DNA of 50,209 bases from Hyphomicrobiales bacterium. GTDB taxonomy: Bacteria; Pseudomonadota; Alphaproteobacteria; Rhizobiales; Aestuariivirgaceae. The notes under the pieces were generated by a model, which saw only the letters and a program-made list of their open reading frames with translations, did no database searches and was not told the DNA's origin. The stretch is taken from the NCBI GenBank assembly GCA_023266715.1, contig JAHFPK010000001.1:1-50209 (forward strand), written 5' to 3'. Shown piece after piece: positions 41,250 to 50,209 of this stretch (the first letter of the stretch is position 1; every line of letters starts with the position of its first letter). The position numbers were made by a program, and so were the translations under genes.

Positions 41250-41946
41250 GGCGCAGCCCGTCCAGGATTTTTTTTGCCGCAGCGGCGGGATCAGGTGAAT
41301 TGGTAATTGCCCTGCCGATCACCAGAATATCAGCACCAGCAGTTCGCGCCGCCCGTGGCGTGGCAATTCGCTTCTGGTCATGGGAGGCCACATCTGCCGG
41401 GCGGATGCCGGGCACAACGGTCAAAAAATCCGGACCCGTGGCAGCTCGAATGCCTGCCAAATCATGGGGACTGCAAACCACCCCAGCAAGGCCCGCGCGC
41501 TTCGCAAGTTTCGCAAGGGACGCGGCGTGGCCACTGGTATCACGTGATGCATCAAAACCCGTGGCCCAAATATCTTCATTGGAGAGGCTAGTTAAAATGG
41601 TCACGGCAATGAGCCTGGCGCGCCCGTCCACGGCATCGGCAGCCGCCTTCATCATGTCCAGGCCGCCAGCGGCATGAAGATTTATGATCGCCGGACGGGG
41701 TGAAAGCTGCATCAGCGATTTCATTCCTGAGGCCACAGTATTGGGTATATCATGGAGTTTGAGATCAAGAAAAATCGGCAGGCCTTCGGCGGCTACGGCC
41801 TCGTAGCCTTTGGCCCCATGGGCATAGAAAAATTCCATGCCAATTTTCATATAGCCGGCATGGCTTGCAAGCATCCGCGCGAGTTCGCGCGCCCGCGCAA
41901 GATCAGGTGTACCAAGGGCAACACAGATGGGGTTAGGCTCGCTCAT
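41242..41946 (-). CDS. pyrF: Orotidine-5'-phosphate decarboxylase
   Basis: KIG, FLDLKLHDIPNTV, VTILTS, VPGIRP, DQKR, IGRAI. Confidence 0.95.
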   Translation of the reverse strand: MSEPNPICVALGTPDLARARELARMLASHAGYMKIGMEFFYAHGAKGYEAVAAEGLPIFLDLKLHDIPNTVASGMKSLMQLSPRPAIINLHAAGGLDMMKAAADAVDGRARLIAVTILTSLSNEDIWATGFDASRDTSGHAASLAKLAKRAGLAGVVCSPHDLAGIRAATGPDFLTVVPGIRPADVASHDQKRIATPRAARTAGADILVIGRAITNSPDPAAAAKKILDGLRHG

Positions 41947-41969
41947 GGCCTTTCGTTAGCCGCAAATAG

Positions 41970-42890
41970 TCAGGAGCGCAAATAGACCATAATGGCGGCT
42001 GCAAGGTCTTCTAGGGCGGTGCCGCAGGACTTGAACAGAGTTATTTCCTCGGGGGTCCCGCGCCCTTTCACAACGCCCCGGCAGAGGTCAAAAAGATCGC
42101 CCTGAACATCGGCAAAATCAAATTTTCCCTCGTAGCGCGCCTGCAACAGGTCGCCTGCTTCCGAGAGTGCGCCGTCGCGGGTATCCACGTAGACGCGCGA
42201 CTTTGCCACCACGTCCCCATCGGTTTCGCGCATGGTTGGCTTGAAGGCCCCGGCAAGATCAACATGGGTGCCGGGCTTGAGCCATTTGCCCCTCACAACG
42301 GGAGTAGTGGATGTCGTCACACAGGACACGATATCTGCTTGCCTGACGGCCATTTCCAGATCGGTGACAGCCGATGCTTCAAATCCATCGGCCTTCAGCT
42401 CAGCTGCGAGAGTTGCCGCTTTTTCAGCCGACCTGTTATAGATAAAAACCTTCTTGATCGGTCTTACGACTGCGTGGGCTCTGACAAAATGCGCGCCCAG
42501 GGCCCCGGCCCCCACAAGCGCAAGGATCGAGGCATCGGGCCGCGCCAGATAATCCGCGGCAAGGGCAGAAGCTGCGGCGGTGCGCCGGCGGGTCAGTTCT
42601 GTGCCATCCATGATGGCTACGGTCTCACCCGTATCATTTTTTATGAGTAGGTAGCTCGCCTGGACGGTGGGCAGGTTTTTTGCCGCATTGTCGGACTTGA
42701 CGACGACAGTCTTCAGGCCTGTCCATTCCCTGGACCAGGCCGGCATCAGGAGAAGCGTTGCGACTGCAGAAGTTTCGTGATGGTGGCGCGCCGGCGTTGT
42801 GATATCCGCCTTGAATCCCTCTCTCAGAGCCTCGACGATCGCACTGTAGGGCGCTGCTTTTGCAAGCTCAGGGGCTGAAATTACTTTCAC
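41970..42890 (-). CDS. Ornithine cyclodeaminase/mu-crystallin family reductase
   Basis: LLMPAW, RRTAAAS, VGAG, EAGDL, FKSCGTALEDL; GTG start overlapping the lapA stop. Confidence 0.9.
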   Translation of the reverse strand: MKVISAPELAKAAPYSAIVEALREGFKADITTPARHHHETSAVATLLLMPAWSREWTGLKTVVVKSDNAAKNLPTVQASYLLIKNDTGETVAIMDGTELTRRRTAAASALAADYLARPDASILALVGAGALGAHFVRAHAVVRPIKKVFIYNRSAEKAATLAAELKADGFEASAVTDLEMAVRQADIVSCVTTSTTPVVRGKWLKPGTHVDLAGAFKPTMRETDGDVVAKSRVYVDTRDGALSEAGDLLQARYEGKFDFADVQGDLFDLCRGVVKGRGTPEEITLFKSCGTALEDLAAAIMVYLRS

Positions 42891-43216
42891 AGAAAACTTT
42901 CCGGCGGGGGAATGTTCTCCCTACGCAGCTGGCTGGTTTCTTCCTGGGCGCGCGCCAACTCCCGGCGCGCGTCCTTGGCCGAGCGCCGCCACTTGCTTTG
43001 CGCAAACCAGCAGGCGATCCATCCGGCGATCAGGCCAAAAAATACACCGCAGAAAAACAGAATCCACAATGGCATTTCCATCGAGGCAAACGGCGCATCC
43101 TTTGAGAAGGGGTCGAATGAAATCGTGATCGGCTGGTGATTGGCAATGGCGAAAGACACGACAACAATGACTATGGGCAGGCCTATGGTCCAGCGCAGAA
43201 TTCGCTGCAGCATCAT
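42887..43216 (-). CDS. lapA: LapA (DUF1049) family membrane protein
   Basis: Two TM segments, FAIANH...SFDPF, basic coiled C-terminus; position after ihfB. Confidence 0.8.
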   Translation of the reverse strand: MMLQRILRWTIGLPIVIVVVSFAIANHQPITISFDPFSKDAPFASMEMPLWILFFCGVFFGLIAGWIACWFAQSKWRRSAKDARRELARAQEETSQLRRENIPPPESFL

Positions 43217-43500
43217 TCCGTCTTGCCGTTTAGCCGCGCCCGCAGTTCCTTGCCCGTCTTGAAAAAGGGAACGCGCTTGGGGGTGACCTCAACGGCCCCG
43301 CCGGTGCGTGGGTTGCGGCCGGTGCGGGCACTTCTGGACTTGACCGAAAAGGCGCCAAAGCCCCGCAATTCAACGCGCTCGCCATCCTTCATGGCGCGGA
43401 TGATTTCATCCAGTATCTTGTTCACGATGCGCTCAACGTCGCGGTGATAAAGATGGGTGTTGCTGTCTGCAATCTTTTGCACGAGTTCCGACTTGATCAT
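43213..43500 (-). CDS. ihfB: Integration host factor beta subunit
   Basis: [38 protein letters not shown]. Confidence 0.96.
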   Translation of the reverse strand: MIKSELVQKIADSNTHLYHRDVERIVNKILDEIIRAMKDGERVELRGFGAFSVKSRSARTGRNPRTGGAVEVTPKRVPFFKTGKELRARLNGKTE

Positions 43501-43525
43501 GATTCTGGCCTGCCTCTTGTGGGGG

Positions 43526-44467
43526 TCAAAGCTGAGGGTGCCAAAGCACGAGCAACCCGTCAAGCCTCGCACTTTCGACCTGCCGCCTGAGACCCTCAAA
43601 ACCTAAAGCCTTGAGCACGGTATTGGCCGCCGAGAAGCCCAGGCCCGAAGGATCAACATTCAGCGGATTAAACCAATCGACAATAGCGATGTCCTTCGGG
43701 ATATTCTTTTCCGCCTGAAGCCATGCAAGCGCCTCGTCTTCGCCGCCCAGCGCATCAATGAGCTTTTCGGTGACGGCCTGGCGGCCCGTATAGACGCGGC
43801 CGTCGGCCAGAACCTTGACCCGTTCAACTGAAAGCTTGCGGCGCTCGACCACGAGGCCGGTAAACCAGGCAAACGACTCTTGCACCAATTCATTGGAGAC
43901 CTGCCGCACCCGGTCGGAGACCGGTTTATAGGGGGAAGGTTCGGCTTTCAGCTCGCCCGATTTGATTTCTTCCATCTTGATGCCCAGCGTATCAAGAAGC
44001 TTGGAGATTTCCGGGAACGAAAAGATCACGCCGATGGAACCGGTGATGGTGTTGCCGCGCGCCACAATATAGTCGGCAGCAATCGCCGTGATATAGCCGC
44101 CCGAGGCCGCCACCGTATCCATCACCGCCACAACCGGCTTGTCTTTGGCAATTTTCCTGATGTGGTCATAGATCGCTTCAGAGCCCGCAGTTGTGCCGCC
44201 GGGACTGTCGATGCGGATGATGACGGCCTTGATGTGTTTTGATTTCGCAAGATTGTCGAGAAGATCAAGGGTTGCCTGGTCTCCAGTGATCAAGCCATCG
44301 ATGTGCACACGGGCAACATGATCGAAGTATTTCTTGAAATCATCGCCGCTCCAGAAAAACGAGCTAAGGGCCACGAGGAGTGCCAAGACCGCCAGAACGC
44401 GCCAGCGGATCAGGCGTCTTTTCAACTGCCTGCGATCAACAATCATTTCGGCCTGGCTTATCGACAT
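43526..44467 (-). CDS. sppA: Signal peptide peptidase SppA (S49, short form)
   Basis: IDSPGG, AASGGY, TGSIGV, DGRVYTG; GGAGG RBS 6 nt before ATG 44467. Confidence 0.93.
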   Translation of the reverse strand: MSISQAEMIVDRRQLKRRLIRWRVLAVLALLVALSSFFWSGDDFKKYFDHVARVHIDGLITGDQATLDLLDNLAKSKHIKAVIIRIDSPGGTTAGSEAIYDHIRKIAKDKPVVAVMDTVAASGGYITAIAADYIVARGNTITGSIGVIFSFPEISKLLDTLGIKMEEIKSGELKAEPSPYKPVSDRVRQVSNELVQESFAWFTGLVVERRKLSVERVKVLADGRVYTGRQAVTEKLIDALGGEDEALAWLQAEKNIPKDIAIVDWFNPLNVDPSGLGFSAANTVLKALGFEGLRRQVESARLDGLLVLWHPQL

Positions 44468-44501
44468 CAACATCCTCCAAGATCTGATAGATGCTATATA
44501 C

Positions 44502-44540
44502 AAAAACTCCGTCCGAATGAACCCATCCGGACGGAGAAAA
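44502..44540 (-). terminator. Intrinsic terminator after rpsA
   Basis: Minus strand CTCCGTCCGGATG-GGTT-CATTCGGACGGAG followed by TTTTT. Confidence 0.8.
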
Positions 44541-44558
44541 TCGTCACGCGCCTAAGGG

Positions 44559-46271
44559 CTAGTCCTTGCCTTCGGCATCTTTCTTCTTGAGGGCCGCCAC
44601 CAGAATGTCGCCAAGGGAGGCGCCTGAATCGGACGAACCATACTGGGCGACAGCTTCCTTCTCATCGGAAATTTCAAGGGCCTTGATCGACACGTTCATC
44701 TTGCGCGCCTTGGCATCGAACACGGTTACCTTGGCATCGAACTTTTCACCAACGGCAAAGCGTTCGGTGCGCTGTTCGGAACGGTCACGGGCGAGATCTC
44801 CGCGCTTGATGTAGGCGGTCATGTCTGAGCCCGCGATCCTTACTTCGAGGCCTGCATCCTCAACCTTGATCACTTCGCAGGTCACGGTATCGCCCTTCTT
44901 GACGCCGGCAACCGACTTGATCGGATCGCCGGAAAGCTGCTTGATGCCGAGCGAAATGCGTTCCTTCTCGCGGTCAACGTCGAGAACGATGGCCTTTACG
45001 ACATCGCCCTTCTTGTAGTCCTTGATGGCTTCCTCGCCGGGCCGCTTCCAATCGAGATCGGAGAGGTGGACCATGCCGTCCACATCGCCATCGAGGCCGA
45101 TGAACAGGCCGAACTCGGTAATGTTCTTGATTTCGCCTTCAACAACGGTGCCGTTGGGATATTTCGAGGAGAAGGTTTCCCAGGGATTATCGTGGACCTG
45201 CTTGAGGCCAAGCGAGATACGGCGCTTGGAAGAGTCAATTTCAAGAACCTGCACCTCGACCTCTTCCGAGGTTGAAAGAATTTTTCCGGGATGCACGTTC
45301 TTCTTGGTCCAGCTCATTTCCGAGACATGGACGAGGCCTTCGATGCCATCTTCAAGCTCAATGAAGGCTCCGTAGTCGGTGATGTTGGTGACCTTGCCGC
45401 GAACCCTTGTGCCAATCGGGTATTTGCCGGCCACGAGCTCCCATGGATCCTTGTCCAATTGCTTCATGCCGAGCGAGATGCGCTGGGTTTCGGGGTTAAT
45501 ACGAACAATCTGCACCTTGATGGTCTGGCCAACGGTCAGCACATCGGAGGGATGGTTCACCCGTTTCCAGGCAATGTCGGTGACGTGGAGCAGGCCATCG
45601 ATGCCGCCCAGATCAACGAAGGCGCCGTAATCGGTGATGTTCTTCACCACGCCATCAACGACCTGGCCTTCGGCAAGATTTTGCACAAGTTCAGAGCGCT
45701 GCTCGGCGCGGGTTTCCTCCATGATGGCGCGGCGCGAGACAACAATGTTGCCGCGGCGGCGGTCCATCTTGAGAATCTGGAAGGGCTGGGCCACATGCAT
45801 CAGGGGGCCCACATCGCGGATGGGGCGGATATCAACCTGCGAGCCGGGCAGGAAGGCTACGGCGCCGCCGAGATCAACGGTAAAGCCGCCTTTCACACGG
45901 CCGAAAATCACGCCATCGACGCGCTCATTCTTCGTGCTCATTTCCTCCAAGCGGGTCCAGGCCTCTTCGCGGCGCGCCTTGTCGCGCGAGAGGACCGCTT
46001 CGCCGAGGGCATTCTCGATGCGCTCGAGATAAACCTCAACCGTGTCACCGGCCTTGATCGCGATGTCCTTGCCGGGCTGGGAGAATTCCTTCAGCGCCAC
46101 GCGGCCTTCGGTCTTCAAACCGACATCGATGATCACAAAATCATTTTCGACCGCCACGACGCGGCCCTTTACAACCACACCTTCGGTGGCCGGGTTATCC
46201 AAATAGCTTTCGGTGAGGAGAGCCTCAAAGTCTTCGCGGGTGGGGTTCAGTGAAGCGACAGATTTCGCCAT
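44559..46271 (-). CDS. rpsA: 30S ribosomal protein S1
   Basis: Six S1 repeats (DVGLKTEG, AFLPGSQVD, YGAFVDLGGIDGLLHVTD, EGLVHVSEMSW, DGMVHLSD); start MAKSVAS at 46271. Confidence 0.97.
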   Translation of the reverse strand: MAKSVASLNPTREDFEALLTESYLDNPATEGVVVKGRVVAVENDFVIIDVGLKTEGRVALKEFSQPGKDIAIKAGDTVEVYLERIENALGEAVLSRDKARREEAWTRLEEMSTKNERVDGVIFGRVKGGFTVDLGGAVAFLPGSQVDIRPIRDVGPLMHVAQPFQILKMDRRRGNIVVSRRAIMEETRAEQRSELVQNLAEGQVVDGVVKNITDYGAFVDLGGIDGLLHVTDIAWKRVNHPSDVLTVGQTIKVQIVRINPETQRISLGMKQLDKDPWELVAGKYPIGTRVRGKVTNITDYGAFIELEDGIEGLVHVSEMSWTKKNVHPGKILSTSEEVEVQVLEIDSSKRRISLGLKQVHDNPWETFSSKYPNGTVVEGEIKNITEFGLFIGLDGDVDGMVHLSDLDWKRPGEEAIKDYKKGDVVKAIVLDVDREKERISLGIKQLSGDPIKSVAGVKKGDTVTCEVIKVEDAGLEVRIAGSDMTAYIKRGDLARDRSEQRTERFAVGEKFDAKVTVFDAKARKMNVSIKALEISDEKEAVAQYGSSDSGASLGDILVAALKKKDAEGKD

Positions 46272-46481
46272 TATATGTGTAGTCCTAAGAAGTTGCTGGG
46301 CAAGTCGCCGCAGGAACTCCTGCATTGACTGGCCACAAAGTGTCATTCCAAAATCCGCACGATGCGCGGAGGCATCGCAAGCTGTGCCGATTCTGAAACA
46401 ATTAAGGGCGCGCACTGTCAAACAGTCTGGCGCCCCGATTATGTTCACCTGCGCGAGGGCAGGCGACCTCCAACGGGGCTG

Positions 46482-46510
46482 GCTATAGCTCAAATGGGTG
46501 AGCAGGGCAA
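46482..46510 (-). promoter_or_regulatory. Putative sigma70 promoter of rpsA
   Basis: Minus strand TTGCCC-N17-TATAGC, implying a ~200-nt 5' leader. Confidence 0.6.
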
Positions 46511-46559
46511 CCGCTTGATTCAACCTCGACTTGGGGCTTCCATTCGCCTAAATAAAGGC

Positions 46560-46745
46560 ATGAAAATCATCGATGAAAGCCATCCTTTCTACAAGCCCCT
46601 GTGGCGGCGGACCGCGCTGGTTGGCGTCCTTGCGGGCTGGACCGCCTTTGAGGTATTTTACACCCAGCAGCCGTTGTGGATTGCGGTCGCAGGCGGCCTG
46701 TTTGCCTATTCCACCTGGATATTCCTGATTTCCTGGCCGAAAAAC

Positions 46746-46757
<12 letters not shown>
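46560..46757 (+). CDS. Small two-TM membrane protein (HPFYKPLWRR motif), function unknown
   Basis: 65 aa, MKIIDESHPFYKPLWRR... with two hydrophobic segments. It fills the rpsA-cmk gap and resembles small conserved alphaproteobacterial proteins (recall, unverified). Confidence 0.75.
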
Positions 46758-48802
<2,045 letters not shown>

Positions 48803-48840
48803 TCAATTCCAGTCTTTATGCGATCTCGAAAGGATCAACC

Positions 48841-49272
48841 GTGGTCAATGCTGAACTCGGAACCAAGCGGACATGCCCTTCATGTGCTTCAAGGTTCTAT
48901 GACTTGTTAAAGAATCCCATCGTTTGCCCGAAATGCGGCGTGAGCTTCATTGCAGCTGCTATCCTCCCCTCCAAGGGTGATTACCCGGGCGCTGTGCCGG
49001 CACCCATGGCAAAGCCCCGCGAGAAGGTGGAGGTTGAAGAAGCCGATACCGCCGACGTCGAACTCATCAGCCTCGAGGATGTCGAGGAAGACGGCAAGGA
49101 GGATGACGAAACCGCCGGGATCGAAGATGTCGATCTGGGCCAGGAAGCCGAACCCGCCGATGCGGAAGAGGACGATACGTTCCTTGTTGTCGAAGAAGAA
49201 GAAGGCGACAATGTCTCCGGCCTCCTGGACAGTGGCCCGGCAGGCGGCAAGGAAGGCGAGGAGGAAGCTTAA
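48841..49272 (+). CDS. TIGR02300 / FYDLN_acid family protein
   Basis: ELGTKRTCPSCASRFYDL..PIVCPKCG zinc ribbon plus a long acidic tail; GTG start with AAGGA RBS. Confidence 0.9.
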   Translation: MVNAELGTKRTCPSCASRFYDLLKNPIVCPKCGVSFIAAAILPSKGDYPGAVPAPMAKPREKVEVEEADTADVELISLEDVEEDGKEDDETAGIEDVDLGQEAEPADAEEDDTFLVVEEEEGDNVSGLLDSGPAGGKEGEEEA

Positions 49273-49302
49273 TAGCTTCTTTCCAGTCGCGCGAAGTTTT
49301 AC

Positions 49303-49331
49303 TTGATTGTTGAAGGGGGTGGAATTAGGTT
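49303..49331 (+). promoter_or_regulatory. Putative promoter of tRNA-Ala
   Basis: TTGATT-N17-TAGGTT followed by a GC-rich discriminator (CCGCCCGC). Confidence 0.55.
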
Positions 49332-49382
49332 CCGCCCGCTTCCGGAACCAAAGAGATTTTGGTTTTCGATGTTGAGACCTGT

Positions 49383-49460
<78 letters not shown>

Positions 49461-49505
49461 CTTCACTGCAATTCTCTCCCCTCAGTGACATGCCGACAAT
49501 TCTGT

Positions 49506-49591
49506 CTGTCGCCCCGACGGAAGTCGGGCCCCAGACTTTGAAAAGGCGTGATTCCGGGAAGCCTGGGTCCTGCCTGTCGTTGGGATGACAG
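49506..49591. repeat. REP-like inverted pair (CGTC/TGTC-tagged type)
   Basis: 29-nt arms at 49506-49534 and 49563-49591; 21/29 identical as inverted repeats and 4 more G-U compatible. The left arm has an internal hairpin CCCGAC-GGAA-GTCGGG. Confidence 0.7.
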
Positions 49592-49630
49592 GTGGGGATG
49601 AAATTTCATTAGTTCATATCATTTTATTCC

Positions 49631-49659
49631 TTGACACTATATTCCTAGTATGCCATGTG
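49631..49659 (+). promoter_or_regulatory. Putative sigma70 promoter of the candidate ncRNA
   Basis: AT-rich upstream tract, then TTGACA-N14-TGC-CATGTG. Predicted +1 (~49666-49667) coincides with the first helix of the structured RNA. Confidence 0.55.
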
Positions 49660-49666
49660 TATTCCT

Positions 49667-49972
49667 GTCCATCCCGGAAGGGGTCTCGGTCGCGACGGTG
49701 ATCAAAGATGGGGTGGATGCGGCGCCTGCGGGTTTGGTGAGACGAACACTGAATTCCCGGGAGCTGCCGGTTGGTTCCTTGGATACTACGGTCCAAGCGC
49801 CTTAAATGGCTAAACAACCCTAGCGGCAAACACCAGACACCGTGCGATCTAGGGCTCTGCAAGCGCCAGCCGGATGGCAAAAACCGCCGCAAAAGCGTGG
49901 ACGCGGACTTCGCGTCACCCGCCGGACGACACGACCGGCATATTTGCGAGCTTTGCGTCCACGCAACCCTTC
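49667..49972 (+). ncRNA. Candidate large structured non-coding RNA of unknown family
   Basis: No credible ORF; at least nine compatible helices found by hand, many with G-U pairs that work only on the + strand; potential 5'-3' pseudoknot GAAGGG/CCCTTC. Confidence 0.6.
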
Positions 49973-50079
49973 GCTTCTCTTTCTACCCACCGGAAACGGC
50001 ATTACTGTTTTCACCCCGGGCGAAGCCGTGGGCGAAGCTTTGCCCAACGCTCATTGACAAGTGAATCTGAGTTTAGAAC

Positions 50080-50114
50080 CGTCATTCCCGCTTTCGAGGC
50101 TGTGAAGGAATCTC
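50080..50114 (+). repeat. Degenerate CGTC-tagged REP-like unit
   Basis: CGTCATTCCCG...GGAATCTC has REP-like ends, but the central palindrome is disrupted. Confidence 0.35.
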
Positions 50115-50209
50115 TTTTTAGGGCCGGCTGGTGGGTTTTGTGCTGGTTTTGATGTTGCCTTGATTGCTGGCTTGCGATGGCGTTTTGTCTGGGCGGTCAC
50201 TTATGCGGC

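Noticed and set aside
45291-46253. 320-aa + strand ORF and other long ORFs opposite rpsA
   Set aside because: Antisense shadows caused by strong codon bias in a highly expressed gene.
46272-46523. 84-aa N-terminal extension of RpsA in the ORF track
   Set aside because: Not S1-like; the region contains the predicted promoter and structured leader.
49030-49270. GAA/GAG/GAC-rich low-complexity stretch
   Set aside because: Encodes the normal acidic tail of the TIGR02300 protein; not a DNA repeat array.
49667-49972. Identification as RNase P RNA, tmRNA, 6S, SRP, group I/II intron or riboswitch
   Set aside because: Diagnostic conserved motifs not found by eye and no downstream gene visible for a cis role; a covariance-model search is still needed.
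49614-50152. Five short overlapping ORFs (71-97 aa) on both strands
   Set aside because: No RBS or recognisable motifs; the sequence is better explained by RNA helices.

Overview
Core-chromosome segment of an alphaproteobacterium. Gene content and order look Hyphomicrobiales/Rhizobiales-like (inference). Almost all of it is densely packed housekeeping genes. In order: the tail of a MocD/MocE/MocF-type oxygenase cluster with a divergent PanB-fold gene, a hybrid histidine kinase, olsB, maeB, mutS-glnD-murJ-trpS-nfuA, enoyl-CoA hydratase-mutM, ubiE-ubiB-coaBC-dut-moeB, ahcY-divL-tsaE/amgK-murU-addB-addA-trxA, then on the minus strand aroA-cmk, rpsA and sppA-ihfB-lapA-OCD-pyrF-trpF-trpB-trpA-accD-folC, followed by a TIGR02300 gene and tRNA-Ala(GGC). 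I found no transposase, integrase, CRISPR array or prophage gene. The most unusual part is the last ~750 bp after the tRNA, which has no credible ORF. It holds a REP-like inverted pair, a sigma70-type promoter, and a ~306-nt sequence (49667-49972) that folds by hand into a multi-domain RNA whose 5' bulge can pair with its 3' end. More hairpins and a degenerate REP follow. I cannot assign this RNA to any family I know. Other signals read from the sequence: a Pho box before olsB, a SahR-type palindrome before ahcY, RpoH-like promoters, probable leaderless genes, a structured rpsA leader, and several active-site or Zn-ligand substitutions. All RNA structures and promoters were derived by eye, not computed.
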